From Cetorhinus maximus (taxonomy: Eukaryota): 64,000 nt of DNA. The notes beneath the pieces are model-generated. The model did not search any database, was not told where the DNA came from, and was given only the letters and a program-made list of their open reading frames with translations. The DNA lies in assembly GCF_964194155.1 (NCBI RefSeq), contig NC_135892.1, positions 74,648,001 through 74,712,000 of the forward strand, written 5' to 3'. Positions within the stretch are counted from its first letter, which is position 1; each line of letters begins with the position of its first letter. A program made the translations under genes and the position numbers. This document shows, in pieces, positions 1-11,083 of the stretch.

Positions 1-73
1 ATTGTGGCCGGCAGGTAAAACAACTTTTCCTCCAACCCACCGCACTTAGCGCAAATCTGGGACGATTCTGCCC
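1..73. mobile_element. Terminal (Myb-gene side) end of a Harbinger element extending left of the window
   Basis: attgtggccggcaggtaaaa...cttagcgcaaatctgggacgattctgccc aligns by eye with 15995-16071 and with the reverse complement of 46191-46268. It ends in the family TIR-like ...attctgccc. Confidence 0.75.
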
Positions 74-879
74 AATGTCTGTATAGTTGTTGCCAATAGG
101 AAAGGCTTCCACTGCATCACATTAGCAGTGCATATTTTGTCACTAAGTCTAGGTGGTATCCCAAACTCCTTGCATGAGTTGCACCTCCTGTTACATTTAA
201 ATGCTAAAATCAGACAAAACAGATGGTTTCAACAGGAAAAACACTTCCCAAAACCAGAGAGAGAAAAATAGATAGAGAGACAACCCACAATTGTGGTGAG
301 CCTACAACTCCTCACATGGCAATACGAGGAGGTTGCCTATAAATCATAGCAGTGAAGGCTATAAGTCATGAGGGTGAGGGAGAGGTTGGTGACTTTGTGC
401 CCGCCAAGCAGAGATAGTGTTGGCTCTGGTTCATCTTGCTTGCCTTTCAAACTCATTCAGTGATACAGTGGCACCTCTGCCCATGTGCTGAGCTTTGTCT
501 CGCAGACCCCATGTTAACACATGTTCCTCTTCACTTAGCATTGTGGCTTCCAAAAAGAATGTTCTTCCCAATAAAGATGGACCAGAACTGGGACCACATC
601 AAGCACACAAGGCCCTAGAAGCATCAGCACACCTACATCCACCTGGAGGGGGGTCAGAAGGTATCACCTGCTGAGGTGCCCTAGACAAATGAGGAGAAAC
701 AGGCAGACTTGGCAGTAGGCTAGCAGCAACAAGACGACAGACAGACTTGGGATTATGTGCAACTGTTGCTACAACAAAAGGCAGCAAATTTTAAAACCTT
801 GGAACCTTAGAGGACAGCAAAAAAGGCAAGTATCGGCTGAGAGGCCAAAATGCTGCCAGTTTCAAAACCAGGATAAATA

Positions 880-1349
880 GATGAATTTATGTCCTGCCAA
901 CATGGCCGAGCGTGCCAACGTCAACGCGCAGTTGCACGATAGCTTGTTTGGCAGGCACACGCCGGAGTCGGCAGCACACCCACCAACAATCAAAAGGCCT
1001 GTTAAAGCCATAAAAGAATCAATTAACTGAAAGTTTTCACTGCCCATCCAGCCTTACGGTTGGCCAAGCAGCCTTTGCATATTTTTGGAAACCTCATCCG
1101 TGAGCTCTGTGCCTCAGGGAGATTATGAAGCAAGCACTCGTACACATACACGAAGTTCATGCTTGCCCAGCTCGCACCCCCCCCCACCCCACCCCCCGCC
1201 ACTAACAGGCAGCGGTGAGCACTGCTGCTCACGTTTCACGCTGGGCGGGCCTTAATTGGCCTGCCAGCGTGAAATTATGGTCCAACCCTGACCGTGGATG
1301 GTGGTCAGCTTCCTTACCGCCCCCACCCAACATGGGTGAAATTCTGCCC
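880..1349. mobile_element. Non-autonomous Harbinger-type MITE, left end eroded (family of 56474-57114 and 59463-59993)
   Basis: Shares internal blocks with those copies (ggagtcggcagc, aaacctcatcc, gctctgtgcctcaggga, ttaattggc..gccagcgtgaaat) and the right end gtgaaattctgccc. The left boundary is approximate. Confidence 0.75.
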
Positions 1350-1466
1350 ATGAAATAAGAGATACAGAGCTCGAGTGGGAAATGAACCTTTTTTTGGAGT
1401 GTCGCATACAGATTTGTCAGAAGTGTACATCTCAATCTAGGAAACCAGTAAAAGCTGACCAGCAGT

Positions 1467-2489
1467 TGTTACGACCCCCACGTAGACTGAACTTTTGAAA
1501 AGCAATTTGAATTCCCAGCGATCAACTTAAAACTTAAAAGAATTGCATGGCAAGATTAAGACTTTTACTGTAACAAAACAAACTAAAAGAAACATTGACT
1601 AAACATTATTTCATAGACAACGTATACTCTAAACTGGAGAAAAATTCCCTTGTTAATGTTTTTACTGAAAATTTCCCTCCACTGCCCTACTTTACTCAAT
1701 CCTTTAAATAGACACTATTCTTCTGGAACCCAAAATGATACTTAGCACCCGAGGGCTTGCTTCCCCACTTTTCCTTTTTCAGCTGGATAAATTCTAATCC
1801 CTGAAGTGGCTTTTATGGCCAGAATTACCCTGGAGATTCCTCCTTCTAACCAAAGTTAGGTGAGTTTTCCAGTTTCATTTAAACCCTCAAAAACTCTTGT
1901 CTCTATAATCTGAGCGTGAACTCCCATCCACAATCTTGTGGATAAACCTTAGAGACTTGCTGCCTCCATCTTTCTCTCTCTTCAATTCTGGCAGACTGAA
2001 CCTGTGAGGTACAGTTATATTTTTAGGAAAAACAGTAACCAATCCGACAAATGCTTCCTATGACCCTTCCCCTCTCAAAGCCCATTTCTATGGCAACATG
2101 AAACATGGACCTTGTATCCAGGTAGAAATGCTAATTTGATATCTTCTAGACTCCCAATTTCATTCTGCCCTGAAACTAAGTAGACAGTTTAAAGTAAAGC
2201 CATTTACAACATTTGACATTCTTAACACCTTCTTTGGACTTTGGGGACTTACAGTCTACTCACTATCAGCACAGCTGCTTTGGTCATTGTTTGCAGGCAT
2301 AAACACATTGAACCTTCTTCCTTGTAAAACAGCCTAGCTCCACCTTTAATCTTTAACACCCAAGCCATCCACGCTTGCTGTCAACAGAATTCAGGACACA
2401 TCACATGATCCTCTTCATTTCTCCATTTTACCCTAAATTAAAGACACAGTCCCAAAACATAACAATCAAATAAATCCTCATTTGTAACA
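1467..2489 (-). repeat. 3' LTR (~1.02 kb) of a Gypsy-type LTR retrotransposon
   Basis: Begins tgttacga and ends tgtaaca (TG...CA with short inverted termini). It is followed directly by gctccctccccc (2490-2501), a polypurine tract on the minus strand. Homologous to 5521-6160. Confidence 0.8.
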
Positions 2490-3744
2490 GCTCCCTCCCC
2501 CAAAAAGATGAAAAGCCATCAGCAAAATGATGAGTTTTCAAAAACATTACCAAAAATATAACATGATATCCTAATCACTAAATTACTACATACAGTAATA
2601 TTCTCCACCCATGCTGTAACATTTTGCTGTTAAACTGTCTACCTTGACAGCATAACAATGTATCAACCAATGCATGTAACAGTTAGGAGCACAAGTCCAC
2701 TTTACACAGATTTTTAAAGCTCTTTATTTTATCTAAATGGGAATTTATTTTGCTGCTAGTGGCCTTGCCTTCTGTTATGTATCATACTAAATCTCTTTTC
2801 TCATGTTGATTAAATTTCACAGCGTTTCCATGTCCTCGGTTTAAAAAATAGCACAATTGGTTCAGTCTAGGTAACTTAATCACGAAACACACAGTTACTT
2901 GCTGACAAGCCCTGTTATTTTTGAATTTCATTAGGAATAAAGCTATATGTTGAGACAAATTCCTCTCTCACAACTCTTCTTATGCGGCTTCAGCATTTCA
3001 TTTTGTTCATCACTAAAATCAGTCTGTGAACCATTTGGTCCACCTTTGAACCTGCTCTCCTTTGTCTTTCATGGCTGTAGGTTTTACATTGTCTAGTTGA
3101 AAAAAAATCTCAGCCACGCAGCTGAATCATCCTTCTCCTGTTTAAATGCAGGATTATAGTTCTGCTTCGTAGCTTTAAGAATCTCCTTAAGGTTATGATG
3201 ATAAAAGAATCTCGATAAGCCTTTTTAGCCAGTTCCCGGATTATTATTTTAAATTCTTTCCCCAACCAGCACGAACTTTGGTCAACTCCTCTCTCAGAAA
3301 AGCAATGACTTCATCCTTCTGAAGTTTTATTTTAAGCTCCAAAACTCGAATTTGTCCAAATGGTGCCATGGTATTAACATTAGTTACAGCCAAGCCACAT
3401 TGTTTAAAATCACTGTCTCCCTTTGTTTCTCCATTTGTCTGGAATGTTGCTGCATTTTGCTTTGACACTTGTGGCTTTGGGTGTGCAGGCAAGTTTATTT
3501 CAGACAGCTCTAATTCATTCACAGCTGCCTTTAACTCTGTTGTCAGCCTAAGGTTTCAGTGTTTTTTTAATCTCAGAAATCTGAGCTTTTGACTCTTTGG
3601 ATACCTCTTGAGTCAAACCATTGTTCTTTACAACAAATTCCGAGACAGGCATTCAGAGGCAGGCATTTGTTTTTACAAGCCCATTGATCTTGCCTATATA
3701 TCCTTATCTTTAATAACTTAATGGATTTTGTGGAAACTTCTGGA

Positions 3745-4890
3745 AATCCCGGTCCCCAGCTGGATTGTTTCCCAAGATAAGATCAATATCATTAACAGGC
3801 AATTTAGACACCGCTCCCACAATAACAGGATCACTGACTAAAGCACAATTTAAATACATTCTATACAATGGAACAGGTAAAAAAAAATCATCAATGGACT
3901 GTTTCTATTTATTTAGAATTTGATCTTTAAGTTTGTCCATTAACAACGCCTCTGAGGTTTTCTGGAAAGAAATTCATATAATTTGCTAACATCGGTGTTT
4001 GAGATGACCCCGTATCCCTAAATAGCAATTTTATTTAGTCCCTTTATCAGACAAATATAGTTACTTATAACTATAAATATAGTTACCTGCTGAGTTTTTC
4101 CAGGTATTTTTGTTTTTGTTTTAACTTTAGTTACTTCACCTTCAAATATAAAACTCCCATAGGAATATATTCACTAGAAATATTTTAGATGCTATTGGTT
4201 TGACACAAGCTTCACTCACTGCTGCAGCATTTTCTGGAATAACACTAGACAGGCCTACAAAAGTTATAGGCTTAGCTTTTACTTTCCAGCAATCTGCTTT
4301 CATATGACCTCCCTTATGGCAAAAATAACACGTTGATTCCCTTGAATCATACATATCTCCCACACAGCCTTTTTTATGACTCTGAAAAGCATAATTTCTG
4401 CCACCCCCCTCAGTGTAACTAGTGTCCTGTTCATTATCACTCTTATCTCTCCAGTCTCTGTGTGGGTTTACAAACAAAGGTTTGCTGCCACTAATATGTT
4501 TGTGGGATAGTTCATAACTATCCTCCATAACAGCAGAATCTCTTATTTTAGAAACTTTATGGTCTTCTAGGTGGGGCCTTTTTCCTAAAAGAATTTGGTT
4601 TTTAAGTTCGTCCATTAACATCGCCTCTGAGGTTTTCAAGATCTTGGTCAAGCTTCATCACTCTATAACAGCTATCAAACATCATTTCTTTTTCTCTAGC
4701 AAATTTCATAAAAGTTTGATTCTATCTTTTCCTCAGATTTCTAAACTTCTGTCTGTACGTTTCTGGAACTAACTTGTGTGCATTAAGCACAGCAGTCTTA
4801 AATGTATCATAATCTGCAGACTGTTCATTGGCTGGGGTTGAATAAGTCTTCAATGATTTCCCTACCAAAACACTATTTCAAAGACAACTT
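3745..4890 (-). pseudogene. Gypsy gag-protease remnant (capsid-like region, CCHC zinc knuckle, aspartic protease)
   Basis: Minus-strand translation gives YDTFKTAVLNAHKLVPETYRQKFRNLRK (~4730-4815), CYFCHKGGHMKADC (in ORF 4142-4651), LFRDTGSSQT (~4000-4025) and VPLYRMYLNCALVSDPVIVGAVSKLPVNDIDLILGN (~3765-3875). Stops and frameshifts are present. Confidence 0.85.
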
Positions 4891-4962
4891 ATATACTCAC
4901 CAACAAAAATAAAAATAGCTGGAAAAACTCAGCAGGTCTGACAGCATCTGCGGAGAGGAATA

Positions 4963-5003
4963 CAATTAACGTTTCGAGTCCGTATAACTTTTCATCAGAA
5001 CTG
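4963..5003 (-). ncRNA. Second, mutated hammerhead motif on the opposite arm of the foldback
   Basis: Reverse complement reads cagttCTGATGAaaagttatacggactcGAAACGTTaattg. The core is intact but the stems carry mismatches. Confidence 0.5.
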
Positions 5004-5157
5004 AGGAAATATAGAAATGAGGTGAAATATAAGCTGGTTGAGGGGGGTGGGACAGGTAGAGCTGGATAGAGGGCCAGTGATAGGTGGAGATCCAGCTCTA
5101 CCTGTCTGACCCACCCCCCTCAACCAGCTTATATTTCACCTCATTGCTATATTTCCT

Positions 5158-5198
5158 CAGTTCTGATGAAGAGTCATACGGACTCGAAACGTTAACTG
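5158..5198 (+). ncRNA. Minimal type-I hammerhead ribozyme motif in the Penelope tail
   Basis: cagtt-CTGATGA-a-gagtc(atacg)gactc-GAAAC-GTT-aactg. Stem I is cagtt/aactg, stem II is gagtc/gactc, the core is conserved, stem III is a palindromic ACGT, and the cleavage triplet is GUU. Confidence 0.7.
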
Positions 5199-5304
5199 TA
5201 TTCCTCTCCGCAGATGCTGTCAGACCTGCTGAGTTTTTCCAGCTATTTTTATTTTTGTTTCAGGTTTCCAGCATCCGCAGTATTTTGCTTTTATATACTC
5301 ACCA

Positions 5305-5519
5305 TCCTGACTTGGAAATATATCGCCGTTCCTTCACTGTCGCTGGGTCAAAATCCTGGAACTCCCTTCCTAACAGCACTGTGGGTGTACCTACACCACA
5401 TGGACTGCAGCGGTTCAAGAAGGCAGCTCACCACCACCTTCTCAAGGGCAACGAGGCACAGGCAACAAACGCTGGCCCAGCCAGCGAAGCCCACATCTTG
5501 TAAATGAATAAAAAAAAAA
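5305..5519 (+). mobile_element. 5'-truncated LINE 3' end with A-rich tail
   Basis: Encodes an RT C-terminal-like stretch (RSFTVAGSKSWNSLPNS...FKKAAHHHLLKG) and ends gaataaaaaaaaaa. An inverted homologue lies at ~56205-56330, and the tail is shared with the SINE at 49235-49588. Confidence 0.8.
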
Positions 5520-5520
5520 C

Positions 5521-6160
5521 TAAACTACAGAAAACTTCCCGTGTTAATGCTTTTAATGCGACTGAAAATCCCCCTCCCCATTATACTTTACTTTGATACT
5601 CTATTCTATTGGAACTAGTCCAAAGTGATTATTAGCTCCTGACGGCTTGCTTCCCTTCCTTTTCTTTTCCAACTGGATAACCTCTAATCCCTAAACTGGC
5701 TTTTAGGGTTAGGTTTACCCTGGAGACTCCTCCCTCTAGCCAAAGTTAGGCAAATCTTTCAGTCTTGTTTAAATCCTCACAAACTCAGTCTTTTCAATCT
5801 GAGCACAAGCATTCACCCCCATTCACCTGCATGGTAAACCATAGAGACTTGCTGCCTCTATTTCTCATCTCTCTCTCTCACTCTCTTGAATTCTGGCAGA
5901 CTGAACATGTCTGAGTTCCAGTGATATTTTTAGGAAAATCAGTATCCCAATCCTACAAATAGTTTTCTATGGACTGTAACCCTCTGAAAGCTCATCTCCA
6001 TGGCAATGGGAACCACATGAGCCTTGTATCTAGGTAGAAGTGTCAATTAGCTATCCCTTAGACTCCCAACTTCATCCTACCGTGAAACTAATTAGAAAGT
6101 TTAACGTATATCCAATTACAATACCTGACAATCCTAACACCTTCCTGGAACTTTGGAAAC
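5521..6160 (-). repeat. Partial 5' LTR homologous to ~1630-2245
   Basis: Collinear blocks with the 3' LTR (ggcttgcttccc, ctggataa..tctaatccct, ccaaagttagg, agagacttgctgcctc, attctggcagactgaac, tttttaggaaaa). Clearly diverged from it. Confidence 0.8.
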
Positions 6161-6640
6161 TAGGATCCTGATTTTCACAGAGGCAGAACCTAGATTTAGA
6201 AGTCCACCTTCATTTCTGGCTGAAACTATTTTTAATCCAAAATAATAGAAAATAAAGTAACTTTGGGACTTTGAACAACCAAAACAGTGTTACCTCAAAA
6301 AAAGTCAGTCTGACATTCAACTCCAGCATCTTTCCCAGTTCATCAGCATTCTACCCTCTCTAGACTCAGTTCATAGAGGCACAATGCCATATCCAACTCT
6401 TCACCCGTTCATAGAGACTCTCCTTTGCCGACCCTCCTTGTTCGTACTTGCACTTTTCTCCCTCTTTCCCTTTCACTTCAACCTTTCATTCTTTATCCAT
6501 TCCCCATTCAAGATGACACTCTTTCATACCGCTACTTAAAAAGCACTTTTTCCTTCCACCTACCCAGTTCAACTAGGCCTATTCTCCCATCTACTCCACC
6601 CCTTCTTCCCCAATTCAAGTTGGCTCTCTTCTCCCACAGT

Positions 6641-6778
6641 TGTTACAATCTCCATACAGGCCAATACCTTGGAAAAAAAGAAATTCAAGCTTCCAGTTGA
6701 TCGCTGAAAGGATGACACGACAAGATTTCATGGTTTATGACTTTTACTGTAACAAGCAAAGTAGGAACAACATTGATC
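6641..6778 (-). repeat. Further LTR terminal fragment related to 1467-1600
   Basis: Starts tgttacaa and contains gacttttactgtaacaa...aacattga as in 1560-1598. Confidence 0.6.
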
Positions 6779-7256
6779 TGTCTTGTGTGGGCAATTTATA
6801 CTTTAAATATGGAATGGAACCTTCCCCTTTTACTTTTGACACCACCACATCACAGGTATACTTCACACCGTCCCTTAAGTAGTCGTTCAATTGTACCAGA
6901 TTGACTCCTTCCCTGTTCAAACACCAATGATTTTGGCAGCTAGATATTGTAGATGAGAATTCAATGGAAACAGCACCAAAGCTGATGAACACCCATTTTG
7001 CAGACAAGCATTTTCCAAAATGTAAATTTAATGGATATCGAGATATAAGTAAAACAACTGTTTGTAAGCTGAATTAATCTTCAACCAGGTGCAGCTGAAT
7101 TGGGATTTCAGGCTTCCCAACCTTTTTCGTACATCTCCCATGTACATTCTGTTACTTATAAAACAATTCTGATTCATAGAACTACAGTGCTTACTACATA
7201 TAGAGGCCAAGTATAATTATTGGATACTGTAACATCTTTCACAGGGGCAAAGACTT

Positions 7257-8628
7257 GGGGCCAGATTTTCCTGTGGGTGCAGAGGTGGGCTGGTTAGGAG
7301 GCCCAGCTCTTCTTCAACATAGCTACCCAGCTCCCAACATGGTTTAAAGGTCCCCTAAACCCCACTCCTCACCCACCTCATCCCATCGCCACCCCATAAC
7401 CTCTCAGATTTCCCATGCCCCCCATACCCTCCCACCCACCCCATGTCACTCGTTGCCCCCTAACCCTGCCACCCACCTCATGCCCCCTTACAGGGCGCAA
7501 GCTACCATGTTATGTCAATGCCCCCATGTACCCTCCAAAGGCACTCACCCAGTATTTCCTATTTACAATCCTCAGACACCATGCAATAACAATTGGAAAA
7601 TTTTAAAATCATTGAGAAAAAAACTAAACCTCTAACAATCTAATAAAACACTGAATTCAAACTCACTATCATTGATAAAGAAAAAAAAACATATTACAGT
7701 GTAAATAATTATGTAATCTTTTAAATGCCTATTAGGTTTGTAAACTGACAAGAAACCACATCAAAGGCACATTCTATTATTACAGCTTCTTAAAACTGTC
7801 AATCATTCTTGGATCAATAGACCACCTGCTAAGCTGAAGCTATTGGTAGCTTTTAAAATGCAACCAAGCATTCATAACAGCTACATAACAAAAAACTTCC
7901 AGCTACATGGCTTGAAACACAACAAAATGGTGTCCCATTTCCATTTCAAAGCAGAGTGCCTGTCAATCAATGGAGGAGAGCAGGTGCAGAGATTTTTTGC
8001 AACTTTCCTAAAAGCATGGTTTTTTAGAGACAGTTAGAGCTGTCAGTCGATTTAAATCACAGCACAAAACATGACAGCAGAGGCTGACAGGACATTTATT
8101 TTACATTTTTTTATGCGTTATGGCACTTCTTCAATGGAAAATGTACTGTAATGCATTACAGCACTTACATGATGGTGTAACCTTTGCAGGAGAGATCCCT
8201 AAGATGAATCATGGCATTAAAAACACACCTACATTGCAATAAAGCATCTAATAGTGGCATTTGAAGGTGTTAAAACATTTTACACTTACCTTTCACAATG
8301 TTCCCAATGCTCCAGCCGGCTTCCCACAGTGGTCTCACATTCTCAAAAGAAGATGCATATTTTTAGGGCTACCCAAACCCACACTAGCATATGAAAATGT
8401 TGTACAGGAGGAAATACAACGTCCTGTGTTCTCACAATGGAGACTCCAACTGCAGAAGAGGTGCGTGTGCATTTTGCACCCAAGACTTCCTGACCCATGA
8501 AAAGGCCAAACAGAAATGATGTAGAGTCAGCAAGGCAGAGGAAAATTGTTTCTCCAGCAAAAAAAATATGAAGTTCAGCGTTTCACGGCCCAATTCACTC
8601 CTCCATTGGAAGATGAAAATCTGGCCCC
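7257..8628. mobile_element. Non-autonomous Harbinger-type element (~1.37 kb)
   Basis: Perfect 14-bp TIR ggggccagattttc / gaaaatctggcccc, possible ctt TSD, no coding capacity. The interior resembles the reverse complement of ~16600-17150. Confidence 0.8.
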
Positions 8629-9329
8629 TTAATTAATTAAATTAGTTCATTCATTGTGTCATAATCACCTAGTTTCATGGTATATTTTAATGTTTTAGAG
8701 GTAACTTTTAGTTTTGGGGAGATTAAATTTGTATAGGTAAGGTCATTAAAATTCTAGACTTTAGAAATTGCCAGACCACCTCAAGTTAAGGCAATTCAAA
8801 GGGTAACTTGTTTAGTTGCGTTTCGTTAATAAGGTCAGGGTTGGAACAATAATCAGGTACAATAAAGTTTGTTTTTGGTTAAAGTGAAATCTTGTGGTGT
8901 CATTCCTCAGGGTGTTCACAATTCTTTTTAAATATTAACAGTCTCTATGGCGATCAAAGCAACTGAAATATGAAGTTAGTCTTTCCAAGGTGTGTCTTAG
9001 GTTGCACTTATACTGTCATTTTTTTTTTTTACACTGATGCAAAGCACCATAAAATTTACAATTTAACCCTGAAGGCAACTCCAATTTGATTCTAGAGTAC
9101 AGCAGTGCAAAACCCAAATGTGTTGCCCCTCTTACTCTGTGGCTTGACACCTCCTGGAACATAATACCAAGGTGGTTTAAAAAGCATTAAACAACATGTT
9201 ATATCTCCTGCTGAGAAGTATTTACTGCATTAACTGTCTCAGCTCAGTTTAATGGCAAACCTATACCATTCTAGAGTTTGGGAAACCATTTTACTTCAGT
9301 TATCATTTCTAGAAAAGAATTCTGAATCG

Positions 9330-9567
9330 CAAGAAATAAGAGGGGGTGGGCCATACAGCCTTTTGAAACTGCTCTACATTCAGTGAAATCTTGGCTGATC
9401 TTCGACCTCAACTCCACTTCCTGGCCCAATCCCCAAATCCTTGGATTCCATTCCAGTTCAAAAATCTGTCAACTTCAGCTTTGAATATGCTCAATAGCTG
9501 AGCATTCACAGCCTTCTGGGGCAGTCAATTCCAAAAGTTCACAATCCTTTGAATGAAGAAATTTCTC
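9330..9567 (-). mobile_element. CR1-type LINE 3' end, piece 1 (continues at 16072-16118 and 17370-17585)
   Basis: Similar to the CR1 3' ends at 31211-31510 and 28351-29070. It stops at gaagaaatttctc and resumes as ctcatc at 16072. Confidence 0.75.
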
Positions 9568-11083
9568 GGTGACCGGGATTTTCTGCTCCCATTCGCAGCA
9601 GGCACCATGGCGAGCGGGGGCGGAAAATATTGCAAGAAGGCCAAAAAAAATCCGTTCCATGGGGTCGTGAAACCAGGTCGTGATTGTGCACTCCAGCCAT
9701 CAATGGCAGGCTGCATTTCCCGTAGTGGCATGTAGGGAATGTAAGTTCAATATTTTTGCATGTCGTTAATAAGGTCTCCTTGCCAGAATCATCCGCCCGC
9801 GCTGGATCATCAGGGCATGTGGACGTGCAATTAGAACGACGTGTTTCACAGCGGTATAGAAGCGACTTTGCACCTGGTGACATGCACTTCACTCCTCACT
9901 TCAAGGTTCGCTTACCTTACATCGCACAGCACTCATGGTCATCAGTGCCAGGCTTCGCAGGCAGCACCGCTTCACTTTCAGGGGGTTGTCACAGGTAAGT
10001 TTCTACTTACCAGACAAGTGGTAAGGCAGGACAAGGGGCTGAAGGGCTAGGCCTGTACTGGGGAAGGGGGGCAAGTGGCCTCAAGATGGGGGTAGGTGAG
10101 GTCCACACGGGCCATAGGCCCAATCACTTCAAAATGTTCAGGGGCTAACAATCGGATGTGCACCAGAATCACGACGGGATCAAGGAATACAGGGGGTGGA
10201 TGGGGAGGTTTGGGAGGGAGGGAAACCTGAATATGAAGCTCCTCCAGATGAGGGCTCACACAGCTGGTCTGGTAGTGAGAGCTCAGCACCACCATCTTCC
10301 AACCTGCAGCAATGGCTCAGTACAAAATTAAAATAAGGCAAAGTTCTGCTGGTGAGGGCTCTGCCGGCAGATTGGAGGGCAGCTGCACGCACTGGCTGGG
10401 AGGGGGGCTATTAAAGTGGCAACCAACTGAATTGTGCATTCCTAAATGAGGAGAGGGGTACAGCTAAGACATGTTAACAACCTTTCAATGACAGTGCAGG
10501 GAATCAGGAAAGTAAAACAAGGATGCCCATTCATGCATGGCTAATCCAACAAAGTGGCACTAATCGATCTCCTTGTTATAACCACTTATTTACAACGTGG
10601 AAATTCCCCAGAGTCATAAACTCAGAGCAATTGGGTGAATGGACAAGCTCCAGAAGACGGTTAGAAATTGGACAGTTCACTGAAGAGATGCCTCAGTCCC
10701 TCACCAAACCACCCCACCCCCCTCAACAAATAATCTCATTTGCTGAATAAACATTTTCCCTTATGCTTATTTCCAAGAATGTAGTATTAGGAGTGCAGTG
10801 AATGAGACTCCCAGCACCTGGGCTAAAAGTAGCACATCCAAGCGTCTGGCCAAAGCAAAGCAATCTCATAGCAGTCAGTCAGTCATATTGGGGTTGTGGG
10901 AAACTTTGATACACACCGCACTGACCATCGGTTCATGGGTGAGTACTCTCCCACTCTCCACATGGGAACAAAGTCCTTGAACCCACAGTCACTGATGAGT
11001 CATTGCGAGAAAGGGGACCTTTGGAGATGAATGCTGACACTTGTATGTTTCTCATTAATACTGCAGAGTAGGCCATGAGGAAG

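Larger units (their letters stand above)
4903..5290 (+). mobile_element. Penelope-like element terminal fragment forming a foldback inverted repeat
   Basis: Arms ~4903-5067 and ~5090-5259 are near-perfect reverse complements. The insert is flanked by the direct repeat ttatatactcacca (4889-4902, 5291-5304). The right arm matches the tail of the Penelope copy at 51660-52259. Confidence 0.85.
1467..6160 (-). mobile_element. Decayed Ty3/Gypsy-type LTR retroelement (partial LTR-gag-protease-PPT-LTR) with nested inserts
   Basis: Two same-orientation LTR homologues flank minus-strand gag and protease remnants, and a PPT abuts the 3' LTR. Confidence 0.75.

Noticed and set aside
5084-5507. 139-aa and 97-aa ORFs as genes
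   Set aside because: They are chimeric read-throughs of the Penelope tail and a LINE 3' end.
8640-8962. Solo LTR fragment
   Set aside because: It has an AATAAA and a U5-like look, but no TG...CA pair, TSD or homologue in the window.
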